This document shows, piece after piece, positions 27,436-36,602 of a stretch of DNA of 64,000 nt. The position numbers were made by a program, and so were the translations under genes. The notes under the pieces are model-generated. The model was not told the origin of the DNA. It saw only the letters and a program-made list of their open reading frames with translations, and did no database searches. Origin of the DNA: an uncultured bacterium (GTDB taxonomy: Bacteria > Fidelibacterota > Marinisomatia > Marinisomatales > UBA1611); contig CAZLPW010000003.1 of the NCBI GenBank assembly GCA_964561495.1, positions 13,258 through 77,257 of the forward strand, in the 5' to 3' direction. The number at the start of each line of letters is the position of its first letter. Within the stretch, counting starts at the first letter, position 1.

Positions 27436-30400
27436 ATGGAAAAAATTATTCGATGGTTCGTAAATAATAAAGTTGTTGCAAACTTATTAATGATGCTCAT
27501 CATTATCACAGGAGCAACTACGATACCGCTTCTTAAGATGGAAGTGTTTCCTGAAATTGATTTGAACATAATTAATGTATCTACCGTTTATCCTGGAGCT
27601 ACCCCTTCTGATATTGAAGAAGCAATATGTATAAAAATTGAAGAAAGACTCCAAGGATTGGAGGGAGTGAAAAAGATTACCTCAACATCATCTGAAAATG
27701 TTGGGTCAGTTCGAATTGAGTTGCTCCAAGGCGAAGATATAAATGATATGCTTGATAGGGTTAAGGCTGAGGTGGATGCAATAGATTCTTTTCCTGAAAA
27801 TGTCGAAAAACCAATTTGTAAAAAAATTGTAGGATCAAACCCAGTTATTTCAGTGGCGGTGCATGGTGACTTAGATGATATTATCCTTAATAAGTTAACT
27901 GAGGATATCAAAGATGAAATTGACGCTCTCCCTGAGATAACATTTAGTTCAGTAGTTGCAGACCTAGAAACAGAAATTGCTATAGACATTGATGAAGCGT
28001 CACTTCGTAAGTATGATCTTTCGTTTCAGCAGATTGCGCAATCAATTCAACAATGGTCTATTAACATGCCCAGTGGAAGTATTAAGACTTCTGATGGAGA
28101 GATATTAATTCGATCTAATAGCCAAGGATATACTACTTATGATTTTGCAAAAATACCGATTATAGCTGACTCTAATGGTGCAATTGTTTATTTAGGTGAC
28201 ATTAGCGTAATTAGAGATACATTTTCTGATCAATTTGAATTAGACTTCTTTTTTAATGGGGACAGGGCCAATTTGATAACAGTCTTTAGAGTCGGAAACC
28301 AAAATGCATTAGATGTTTCAGAAGCTGTTAGAAATTACGTAGATAATAAAAATAATGTTTTACCAAATTCTGTGAGTGTTACGGCTTGGGATGATGAGGC
28401 CCGAATACTTAGTTCTAGAATAGAAACTATAGTTAGGAATGCTAGACAAGGATTGATATTGGTTATTCTTGTTTTAGCTCTATTTTTAAAGCCAAAATTA
28501 GCATTCTGGGTTTCCCTTGGTATACCTATTTCTTTTATGGGTGGGTTTTGGCTGTTTGCTCCCTTAGATCTATCAATAAATATGCTTTCTCTGTTCACTT
28601 TTATTCTGGTTCTTGGTATTGTTGTAGATGATGCCATTGTTGTTGGAGAGAACATTGCTCTTTTTAGGGAAAGAGGAATGAATCCCATAGAGGCTGCGGT
28701 CAAAGGGGCATATCAGGTTTCAAAGCCAGTTTTTTTTGCAGTCTTGACAACTATGGTTACATTTGCGCCTATGCTTTCCGTCGAGGGAGAAATAGGGTCG
28801 ATCTGGAGAATCTTTCCATTGGTTGTTATTTCTGTGCTAATCTGGTCGTTAATCGAAAGCCTTACAATACTGCCTGCTCACTTAGCTCATAGCACTGAGA
28901 AAGAGCCAAAAATTAGAGTATTATTATTGTTATCTAAAAAATGGCAAAAAATTCAGAATAAAATAGTATCAGGACTTAACCACGTAATAACAGATTACTA
29001 TAAGCCATTACTAACCAAGGCAGTGGATAGTCCATTCTCTACACTGTCTTTTTCTGCGGGAATATTTGTTCTTACGATAGGTGTGATGTTAAGTGGCTTT
29101 TTAAAGTTTTCATTTTTCCCAGCTGTTGAAGATGATTTAGCAATTGCAACAATAGAATATCCTTCAGGCACTCCTCTAGAAATAACAGAGGAAGGGTTTA
29201 AATACCTTGAACAAGCTGCATCTTTACTAGAAAAAGAGTTGGAGCAAGAGTTTCCGAATCAACAAATTATTAAGAACAGGCTATCAACAATAGGATATTT
29301 GCCTATGTTAACAAAAACATCTCGAGGTCCAGGAAATTTAAATGCTTTATTTGCAGGTCCAAATATGGCAGAAGTCGCGCTTGAACTTGCGCCTTCCGAA
29401 AAAAGGACGATCAGCACCGAAGATGTTGTTAGAAAATGGAGAAATCTTATGCCTACGTTACCTGGCGTTAAGGAATTATCATTTAAATCTGATTTATTCT
29501 CTGCTGGAGATCCTATCAATATCCAGCTATCTAGCAAATATATGGATGATCTAATTCAAGCAAAAAATGAATTAAAATCCCAACTTGTAAGGTTCCCAGG
29601 GGTTTTTGATGTGGCTGATAATTACAATGTTGGGAAAGAAGAAATTTCCATTAATCTTTTACCTGCGGCTAAAAATTATGGAGTAAGTATGATGATGGTT
29701 GCTTCGCAGGTAAGGCAAGCCTTTTATGGACTAGAGGTGCAAACGGTGCAACGAGGTAGAAATGAATTAAAAATAATTTTGAAGTATCCTAAAGATCAGC
29801 GATCTTCCATATCTTATTTAGAAAACATGATGATTCTAGCGCCGAATGGTTCTACAATCCCAGTCAGGCAGGTTGCTCAATTAGAGATTGGAGAGGGTCT
29901 TTCTTCTATTGAACGAAAAGATCGAAAAAGGTCAATTAATGTTACTGCTGATGTGGATCTTTCCATTTCAAATGGAAATGAAGTAATAGCATCAATCACA
30001 AAAAACATTCTGCCACTGATTTTGAAGAAATATAACTCTGTAAATTATTCTTTAGAAGGAGAGCAGCAAGAACAGGGTGATAACCTAAAGTCTCTAGGTA
30101 AAAATTTTCTACTAGCAATGATAGTTGTTTATATGCTTTTGGCTATTCCTTTCAAATCGTATTTTCAGCCTTTAGTTGTAATGTCATCAATACCCTTTGG
30201 TATAACTGGAGCTGTAATTGGGCACATTTTAATGGGAATGAATTTATCAGTTTTATCAATGATGGGTATAGTAGCATTGACTGGTGTTGTTGTTAATGAT
30301 AGTCTGGTAATGGTTGATTTTATCAATAGATATAGAGATGAGGGGAATACTATAAGAGATGCTGTCCTTGAGGCAGGGCCAAGGAGATTTAGACCCATTT

Positions 30401-30594
30401 TCCTTACATCTTTAACTACTTTTGTTGGGCTGGTTCCTTTAATTTTAGAAAAAAGTACCCAAGCTAAATTTATGATTCCGATGGCGGTATCACTTTCTTT
30501 TGGTGTCCTTTTTGCTACAGCAATAACTCTTTTATTGGTGCCCGTATCTTATTTAACACTTGAAAAATATATTCTTAAAACGGAGGATAAATAA
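27436..30594 (+). CDS. RND-family inner-membrane efflux transporter (AcrB/AcrD/AcrF family)
   Basis: 1052 aa. The N-terminus is WFVNNKVVANLLMMLIIITG. The motif GIVVDDAIVVGENI and the duplicated GVVVNDSLVMVDF are present. Confidence 0.95.
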   Translation: MEKIIRWFVNNKVVANLLMMLIIITGATTIPLLKMEVFPEIDLNIINVSTVYPGATPSDIEEAICIKIEERLQGLEGVKKITSTSSENVGSVRIELLQGEDINDMLDRVKAEVDAIDSFPENVEKPICKKIVGSNPVISVAVHGDLDDIILNKLTEDIKDEIDALPEITFSSVVADLETEIAIDIDEASLRKYDLSFQQIAQSIQQWSINMPSGSIKTSDGEILIRSNSQGYTTYDFAKIPIIADSNGAIVYLGDISVIRDTFSDQFELDFFFNGDRANLITVFRVGNQNALDVSEAVRNYVDNKNNVLPNSVSVTAWDDEARILSSRIETIVRNARQGLILVILVLALFLKPKLAFWVSLGIPISFMGGFWLFAPLDLSINMLSLFTFILVLGIVVDDAIVVGENIALFRERGMNPIEAAVKGAYQVSKPVFFAVLTTMVTFAPMLSVEGEIGSIWRIFPLVVISVLIWSLIESLTILPAHLAHSTEKEPKIRVLLLLSKKWQKIQNKIVSGLNHVITDYYKPLLTKAVDSPFSTLSFSAGIFVLTIGVMLSGFLKFSFFPAVEDDLAIATIEYPSGTPLEITEEGFKYLEQAASLLEKELEQEFPNQQIIKNRLSTIGYLPMLTKTSRGPGNLNALFAGPNMAEVALELAPSEKRTISTEDVVRKWRNLMPTLPGVKELSFKSDLFSAGDPINIQLSSKYMDDLIQAKNELKSQLVRFPGVFDVADNYNVGKEEISINLLPAAKNYGVSMMMVASQVRQAFYGLEVQTVQRGRNELKIILKYPKDQRSSISYLENMMILAPNGSTIPVRQVAQLEIGEGLSSIERKDRKRSINVTADVDLSISNGNEVIASITKNILPLILKKYNSVNYSLEGEQQEQGDNLKSLGKNFLLAMIVVYMLLAIPFKSYFQPLVVMSSIPFGITGAVIGHILMGMNLSVLSMMGIVALTGVVVNDSLVMVDFINRYRDEGNTIRDAVLEAGPRRFRPIFLTSLTTFVGLVPLILEKSTQAKFMIPMAVSLSFGVLFATAITLLLVPVSYLTLEKYILKTEDK

Positions 30595-31550
30595 TGAAAG
30601 TTTCTGTTATTGGTGGAACTGGTTTTGTAGGCTCGTACATAATTGATGAACTAATAGCAAATGATCATATTCCAAGATTATTAGTGCGCAAAGGATCGGA
30701 ATATAAGGTTGTACAATCAGAAAAATGTGAGATTGTATCTGGAAATATAGATGATAACGATGCAATCAAGGAAACTTTAATGGGTTGTGATGCCGTTATT
30801 TATCTGATAGCTTTGATAAGAGAATTTCCATCTAAAAATTTAACAAATGAAAGGTTGCAGTTTAGAGGTTCTCAGGTAGTAGCTAAAATTGCAGAGGATC
30901 AGGGGGTTAAAAGATTTTTACTTATGAGCGCTCTGGGAGCAAGCCCTGATCCAGATGTATCAAAGTATATGCAGGCTAAACATTTATCAGAACAAGCTAT
31001 AAAAAATACCAACCTAGATTGGACAATCATTAGACCCTCAAGCCTTTTTGGCGATCCAAGGGGCGCAGATAGACCAGAGTTTTGTATGATGCTTGATAAA
31101 CTAATGTTAAATTTAGTACCCTTTCCAAAGTTTATTCCTTTCCCCGCTCCTTCATTCTACACTGGAATAAACCCCCTTGATTCAGGTAATTATAAATTGA
31201 GCATGGTTCATGTTAAAGATGTGGCAACAATATTTGATAAATCTCTTTCTGATGATGATATGATTAAAAACACAATTGAAATTGGTGGACTTAGGCAGGT
31301 TAGTTGGAATGAAATTGTTAGATCAATAGCCTCAGTAACTGGTCAAAAAATAATTATGCTACCTGCGCCATTTTTTGTGATTTCAACAATCGCTGGATTA
31401 TTAGATAGGTTTGAATGGTTTCCTACTGGTAAGGATCAACTTAATGATCTAATCAAAGGCAGTGTCTGTGATTCTGAAAGTTTATTTAAAAAATATAAAG
31501 TTGAGCCTATTCCATTTTCTTTAGAAAATCTTAAATATTTAGGTAATTAA
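30594..31550 (+). CDS. NAD(P)H-binding atypical SDR (NmrA/NDUFA9-like)
   Basis: MKVSVIGGTGFVGSYII is a glycine loop. The TAATG overlap with the RND gene lies at 30592-30596. Confidence 0.7.
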   Translation: MKVSVIGGTGFVGSYIIDELIANDHIPRLLVRKGSEYKVVQSEKCEIVSGNIDDNDAIKETLMGCDAVIYLIALIREFPSKNLTNERLQFRGSQVVAKIAEDQGVKRFLLMSALGASPDPDVSKYMQAKHLSEQAIKNTNLDWTIIRPSSLFGDPRGADRPEFCMMLDKLMLNLVPFPKFIPFPAPSFYTGINPLDSGNYKLSMVHVKDVATIFDKSLSDDDMIKNTIEIGGLRQVSWNEIVRSIASVTGQKIIMLPAPFFVISTIAGLLDRFEWFPTGKDQLNDLIKGSVCDSESLFKKYKVEPIPFSLENLKYLGN

Positions 31551-31556
31551 TTGATT

Positions 31557-33908
31557 ATGAAAAAATTAAAAATTCTTATTCTTTTGTTTTTTTGTGCCAA
31601 GATCCATGGACAAACAGGTATAGTATCTGGGTTTGTAACAGACTCGAGTTCAGGTGAAGCATTGATCGGGGCTAATGTAATACTAATTGAAACTGGGAAG
31701 GGGATGGCTACAGATGTAAATGGTTATTACATTATACAAACTGTGCCTGAGGGTAAGAATACAGTTATGGTTTCTTATGTGGGTTTTAAGTCTTTTCGTA
31801 AAGAATTAGATTTTATCGAAGGAGAGTCCAAAAAAATAAATATTCAGTTAGTTGAAAGTTTAGTAGAATTAACTGAAGTTCAAGTCAGCGCGGAAAAATT
31901 ACAGAGAAGAAATAATATCCAGCCTAGTAAGATAAACCTAAGTCCAAGAATGATGAAAGCAGCTCCAGCTCTTGCAGAGCCAGATCTATTTAGGACTATC
32001 CAATCGTTACCTGGTGTTCTTACTACATCAGAATTTAGCACGGGCCTTGTTATTAGGGGCGGAAATACAGATCAAAATTTAATCTTGCTTGATGGAATTA
32101 CTGTTTATAATCCATCTCATTTGGGAGGAGTATTCTCTAATTTTATTGTTGACGGTGTTAAAGAAGCAGAATTAATAAAGGGAGCATACAATGCAGAGTA
32201 TGGTGGAAGATTATCAGCCGTTTTGAATGTTATAAGCAGAGAAGGTAACCAAAAAAGTTTTCAAGGTAAGGCAAATCTATCTTTACTTTCTTCTCAAGCT
32301 ACATTGGAGGGGCCTTTTTATAAAGGTGCTTGGTTACTTTCTGGAAGAAGAACTTACTTTGATATATTATTACCAAAAATATTACCCCCAGCAACTGCTG
32401 CTAGGGTTCCGCCATATTATTTCTACGATATTCAGAGTCATGTTTTTTCTGATCTTACAGAAAAAGACCGTATATCAGTTAGTTTTTATAATGGTATTGA
32501 TGACCTCATTTTTGATACTTTTGGTTTATCAGCTAGATGGGGTAATCAAACAATTAGTGCTCAATACAGAAGAGTATTTTCAGAGAGATTAATTGGAAAT
32601 TTTTTAGCTGCAAATAGTGTATTTTTCACAGAATTTGGTTTAGGAGGTTCAAGCGGATTATTAAGTGAAAATGAAATTGATGATAAAACATTTTCTGCAA
32701 ATTTAACTTGGTTTAAGTCTCCCCAGACTAATGTAAAATTTGGACTACAGTATAAAAAACTTGGTTTCCAATATCTAAACAGTTTTCAAGATTCATTACA
32801 GTTTGAGATAAAAACAGTGCCCTTGGAATTTGCTCAATATGTAAAGATAAAATATAGTCCAAACAGTACATTTATTTTAGAGCCAGGAGTAAGAATAAAT
32901 TACTATGACGTCTATTCAGATAAAATTTTCCCAGATCTAAGGTTTGGATCAAAATATTTACTTACTGAAGATCGCTATATTAATTTTTCAATTGGAAATT
33001 ATCACCAATTTATCTGCACTTTCCAAGATGATTTTAATCCATCGATCTTAGACCAATGGATTGCTGTTGATACCAGTGTAGATCCTGGAAAATCTACCCA
33101 ATATGTGCTTGGCTATGAAGAGTATATTCGGAGTATATATAAATTACAGATTGAGGGCTACTACAAAAATATTCAAAATTTACTTACATTTGAGGAACAA
33201 AGATCATCTACAGATGCACCAGTTTCTGATGAGAAACTATCTGATATCTTAACCCCTTCAGATGGATATGCATATGGATTAGAAATATTTGGACAAAAAA
33301 TGAGTGGAAGACTAAGTGGTTGGTTGGCTTATACTTTTTCTGTTTCTCGTAAAATTATGAATAGTATTTATGTTGGTGAAGAAAAAGAATACTACACCAA
33401 CTGGGATCGCACGCATGCATTTAGTGCTTTGGGTAATTATCAGCTAAATAAAAAATGGGAAATGAATTGGCGACTAGCGGTTCAAACTGGACAGGCCTAT
33501 ACACCTATTATAGGTTACTATATTCAACGGTTTCCTGAAAGTCCAGATGAGGTATTTCGAACAATTCCTGGGACGAGAAATTCAGGACGCTATAGTCCTT
33601 ACAATCGTTTAGATATTGGATTAGTATATCATGCGAAGATCAGAAATACTAATATGGATGTATTTATTCAAGTGATTAATGTTTTAAATCGAGAAAATAT
33701 ATTTAGAAAAGCCTACGATGTAGGGAGCCCTTACAATGGTATTGACGATGATGGTGATTGGGATGAAGAGCTTCATGATGCTAATGGTAATGGAGTACCT
33801 GACGTAGGTGAAACAAATGTTGATGAGCCCGATGAAGGAAAAATTAGAGAGAGAGACATTAGCCTGTTTCCTATTATTCCAACAATCGGTTTTACTTGGG
33901 AGTTTTAA
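31557..33908 (+). CDS. TonB-dependent receptor with N-terminal CarboxypepD_reg domain (cassette 1)
   Basis: There is a signal peptide and GIVSGFVTDSSSGEALIGANV (carboxypeptidase-regulatory-like). The plug motifs are PDLFRTIQSLPGV and IRGGNTDQNLILLDGITVYNPSHLGG. The C-terminus is FTWEF. Confidence 0.85.
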   Translation: MKKLKILILLFFCAKIHGQTGIVSGFVTDSSSGEALIGANVILIETGKGMATDVNGYYIIQTVPEGKNTVMVSYVGFKSFRKELDFIEGESKKINIQLVESLVELTEVQVSAEKLQRRNNIQPSKINLSPRMMKAAPALAEPDLFRTIQSLPGVLTTSEFSTGLVIRGGNTDQNLILLDGITVYNPSHLGGVFSNFIVDGVKEAELIKGAYNAEYGGRLSAVLNVISREGNQKSFQGKANLSLLSSQATLEGPFYKGAWLLSGRRTYFDILLPKILPPATAARVPPYYFYDIQSHVFSDLTEKDRISVSFYNGIDDLIFDTFGLSARWGNQTISAQYRRVFSERLIGNFLAANSVFFTEFGLGGSSGLLSENEIDDKTFSANLTWFKSPQTNVKFGLQYKKLGFQYLNSFQDSLQFEIKTVPLEFAQYVKIKYSPNSTFILEPGVRINYYDVYSDKIFPDLRFGSKYLLTEDRYINFSIGNYHQFICTFQDDFNPSILDQWIAVDTSVDPGKSTQYVLGYEEYIRSIYKLQIEGYYKNIQNLLTFEEQRSSTDAPVSDEKLSDILTPSDGYAYGLEIFGQKMSGRLSGWLAYTFSVSRKIMNSIYVGEEKEYYTNWDRTHAFSALGNYQLNKKWEMNWRLAVQTGQAYTPIIGYYIQRFPESPDEVFRTIPGTRNSGRYSPYNRLDIGLVYHAKIRNTNMDVFIQVINVLNRENIFRKAYDVGSPYNGIDDDGDWDEELHDANGNGVPDVGETNVDEPDEGKIRERDISLFPIIPTIGFTWEF

Positions 33909-33909
33909 T

Positions 33910-35118
33910 ATTAAAAAAATATATAAATCAAATATTTTTTTATTCACAATTGTGATATTTTTTTCTTCATGTTCTTTTAATGATGAGATCATAGAATATG
34001 AAGAAAAGTTAGTTGTTTTTGCATCATTAGTTGCTAATCTACCTGTTACAGATACTGTACTTGTTTCAAGATCTGCTAGTTTGGATGAAGACATAGACTC
34101 CGAGGATTTGGTTGTAGATAATGCTCAGGTGCGATTGGTCAACTTGTCTTCTGAAGACAAAAAGGAATTAAAATTTTATCCCTTAGGCTCAGGAAAATAT
34201 TTTCCTCTTTCAAGAGAGGCTACATATTTAGATTCATTAAATTACATTTCATATATAATTGAGCCAGGATCATCCTATAGCCTAATTGTTACTAACGGAA
34301 ACGATTCGGTTGTAGCAAATACAACTGTACCAGAATCTTTTAATATCACAGCTGCAGAAATGGGTGATTATGAATGCCCTGATGGAACTTTATATCCAGT
34401 TTCCAATATTGATGTAAATAATCTAGATAATCTTAATTTTATAGAGCTTGTAGAACTTTTTGATAATCCTGAAAATTTTGTGATTAATTATAATATAAAT
34501 GTAGATACTTTGCTTTTTAGAATAGGTGATTGTTTTACTAAAAGTTTTGCTAGTTATTCAATGTTTGGAGTTGACTTTGAAGATGAAAAATACAATACAA
34601 TCCAAATCATTAGTTATGCTCTTGAATCAGATAAGGTTGGTATGGAACCATATGAAGATAAAAACGATAACGGTATTTATGATGAATCAGATAAGTATTC
34701 TGATCGAAATCGAAATAGTAGAAGAGACAGTTGTTTTATTAATCTCATATATAGTGAAGATAAGGGATATTTTAATGATGATAGCATATCATACAATGAC
34801 ATAGCAAATATATGGAAACAAAAATTACGTAGAGGTATTCCTGATGGAACTTGGCGAGAAAATAGTCCATATAGAAATAATCCATGGCTCTGGAATATTG
34901 AAACAGCTCCATCTCCAATAATGTGGCTTTATTTTGATTATTATGGATATTATTTAATGACATTTAAAGCCACCAGTGAATCATATTTTAATTATTTTAC
35001 TGGAGATCCAGTTGGGCAAAATATTTATCTTTTGCCTGACTCAAATTTTGATGGTGGCTTGGGCGTTTTTTATAGCTCTGTTTCTACTTCATTCTTAGTT
35101 TATATAGAAATAGAATAG
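33910..35118 (+). CDS. DUF4249-like lipoprotein partner of the upstream receptor (cassette 1); start probably non-canonical (ATT 33910 or ATA 33919)
   Basis: A lipoprotein signal IKKIYKSNIFLFTIVIFFSSCS is encoded immediately after the receptor stop codon. This is analogous to cassette 2, where MRIIKLNIITLIFFSCS follows a TAAATG junction. The protein is paralogous in position and size class. Confidence 0.55.
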   Translation: MKKIYKSNIFLFTIVIFFSSCSFNDEIIEYEEKLVVFASLVANLPVTDTVLVSRSASLDEDIDSEDLVVDNAQVRLVNLSSEDKKELKFYPLGSGKYFPLSREATYLDSLNYISYIIEPGSSYSLIVTNGNDSVVANTTVPESFNITAAEMGDYECPDGTLYPVSNIDVNNLDNLNFIELVELFDNPENFVINYNINVDTLLFRIGDCFTKSFASYSMFGVDFEDEKYNTIQIISYALESDKVGMEPYEDKNDNGIYDESDKYSDRNRNSRRDSCFINLIYSEDKGYFNDDSISYNDIANIWKQKLRRGIPDGTWRENSPYRNNPWLWNIETAPSPIMWLYFDYYGYYLMTFKATSESYFNYFTGDPVGQNIYLLPDSNFDGGLGVFYSSVSTSFLVYIEIE

Positions 35119-35119
35119 T

Positions 35120-35536
35120 TTAAGTTTTCCAGACATGTACTAGCTGACCACCCAAGTAGCCAGTAATGGTAACACTAACAAATAAAATTGTTAAGAACGC
35201 TAGCATAAGTTTTTGGACTTCTTTTGTTGCTTTTCTTTTTAGTGTAATAAAAATCCAAATAAAAGTTAATAAGATCATACCCCAGGCTGTGATATTAGCA
35301 AATATTTTATGATAATGAAGAACTTCGATTGCTTCTGGACAAAGATTATCTAATAATTTTTCAGTTTTTTGACCTGAAATCATTGTTGGTATTGTTGAGA
35401 TTGCAGCAGGTATTAAGATCCATAAATTTAAATGCCTAGGAATTATATTTGGACTTACCACTGTAAAAATCTGGAAAATATACAATAAACTAATTAATGC
35501 AATAGGGAAATGAACTAAAAAGGGGTGTAATTCCAT
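35120..35536 (-). CDS. DUF2231-like membrane protein
   Basis: The N-terminus is MELHPFLVHFPIALISLL and 4 TM segments are predicted. Confidence 0.6.
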   Translation of the reverse strand: MELHPFLVHFPIALISLLYIFQIFTVVSPNIIPRHLNLWILIPAAISTIPTMISGQKTEKLLDNLCPEAIEVLHYHKIFANITAWGMILLTFIWIFITLKRKATKEVQKLMLAFLTILFVSVTITGYLGGQLVHVWKT

Positions 35537-35590
35537 TGAGTTAGAACAAACTTAGATAAATTCTAATTTTGTTGTATTCTTTAGAATTTT

Positions 35591-35665
35591 TGGTAGCCCG
35601 TAGGAGAATCGAACTCCTGTTGCCAGGATGAAAACCTGGAGTCCTAACCACTAGACGAACGGGCC
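35591..35665 (-). tRNA. tRNA-Glu (anticodon UUC), CCA encoded
   Basis: The reverse complement is GGCCCGUUCGUCUAGUGGUUAGGACUCCAGGUUUUCAUCCUGGCAACAGGAGUUCGAUUCUCCUACGGGCUACCA. It folds as a cloverleaf with a 7-bp acceptor stem (G1-U72), the anticodon loop UUUUCAU and a GUUCGAUU T-loop. It aligns position by position with E. coli tRNA-Glu. Confidence 0.9.
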
Positions 35666-35744
35666 AAAAAATATTTATAATAATAAATATCAGGGGGAAA
35701 TTTATTTAACAGTTAAAACGTTACCTATTAATTTTTATAATAAC

Positions 35745-36065
35745 TTATTTGGGGCTATTACTTTTATCTAATATGTCTAGAAGTTGTCCATTTTCATGTA
35801 ACTCTTTAGCAATATCAGCGCCACCGATTAATTCGCCGTTTACAAATAATTGCGGTATCGTTGGCCAATTTGAATGTTCGCTCAATTTAATTCTGATATT
35901 TGGATCTTCCAGAATATTGATATCTTTATAGTCTACACCATAAAAATTTAATATTTGGACAACAGAATTAGAAAATCCACACATTGGCATTTTCTTGGTT
36001 CCTTTCATATAAAGTATAATCGGATTGTTTTCAATATCATTGATTATTTGCTCTTTTAAATCCAT
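35745..36065 (-). CDS. grxD: Monothiol glutaredoxin (Grx4 family)
   Basis: PIILYMKGTKKMPMCGFS carries the CGFS active site, and WPTIPQLFVNGELIGGADI is present. Confidence 0.9.
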   Translation of the reverse strand: MDLKEQIINDIENNPIILYMKGTKKMPMCGFSNSVVQILNFYGVDYKDINILEDPNIRIKLSEHSNWPTIPQLFVNGELIGGADIAKELHENGQLLDILDKSNSPK

Positions 36066-36081
36066 AAGGGTCTCCTTAATC

Positions 36082-36558
36082 TTATTTTTTACTCATTTTT
36101 ATTCCTTTATAATCACAAATATTACAAGAATAATGTTTTATTTTTGAACCAAATATAATACCTGAAACTTTTTGTTTAGAGGTCCTAGGTATTCTTCTAA
36201 GGTTTCCTCCACATTCTGGACAGTTTTGAAGATAAGAATTTCTTGAAACCTCTCTATCTCTCCATATTTTAAGTAGCATATAAAAACCAATTAAAGTGAG
36301 AGCTATTCCAACAATATCCGATGTTTCAAACTGTTTGATAATGATTACAAATGCATTAAATATTTTAGATAAAATAAATATTAATGAGAAAAATATTTTT
36401 TGTAGAAATATATATATATAATATTTTATTTCCAGGTTTTCTACTAGAAGAAAAATTCCAAGAAGAATAAGGGAAACAGCTGTCAGTTCATAATTATATT
36501 CTTTAAGAAAAGACTTATGTTTTTCTTTTTTTATACCTTTTCTTTTGTTGATATTCAA
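36082..36558 (-). CDS. Membrane protein with C-terminal zinc-ribbon (hypothetical)
   Basis: Three hydrophobic segments are followed by CPECGG...CNICDY (CxxC...CxxC). Confidence 0.45.
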   Translation of the reverse strand: MNINKRKGIKKEKHKSFLKEYNYELTAVSLILLGIFLLVENLEIKYYIYIFLQKIFFSLIFILSKIFNAFVIIIKQFETSDIVGIALTLIGFYMLLKIWRDREVSRNSYLQNCPECGGNLRRIPRTSKQKVSGIIFGSKIKHYSCNICDYKGIKMSKK

Positions 36559-36602
36559 TTTTTAGAATACTGTATTTTAATTAAATTAATAAATAATCTA
36601 GT

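Noticed and set aside
33808-33909. ATG 33808 as the start of the DUF4249-like gene (101-nt overlap with the receptor gene).
   Set aside because: It would place 34 extra residues in front of a perfect lipoprotein signal peptide. The paralogous cassette starts its lipoprotein directly after the receptor stop. I kept it only as an alternative.
35559-35588. Hairpin AATTCTAA/TTAGAATT just downstream of tRNA-Glu (minus strand) as a terminator.
   Set aside because: The stem is 8 bp of A/T only with a 14-nt loop, and no U-run follows on the transcribed strand. This is too weak to call.
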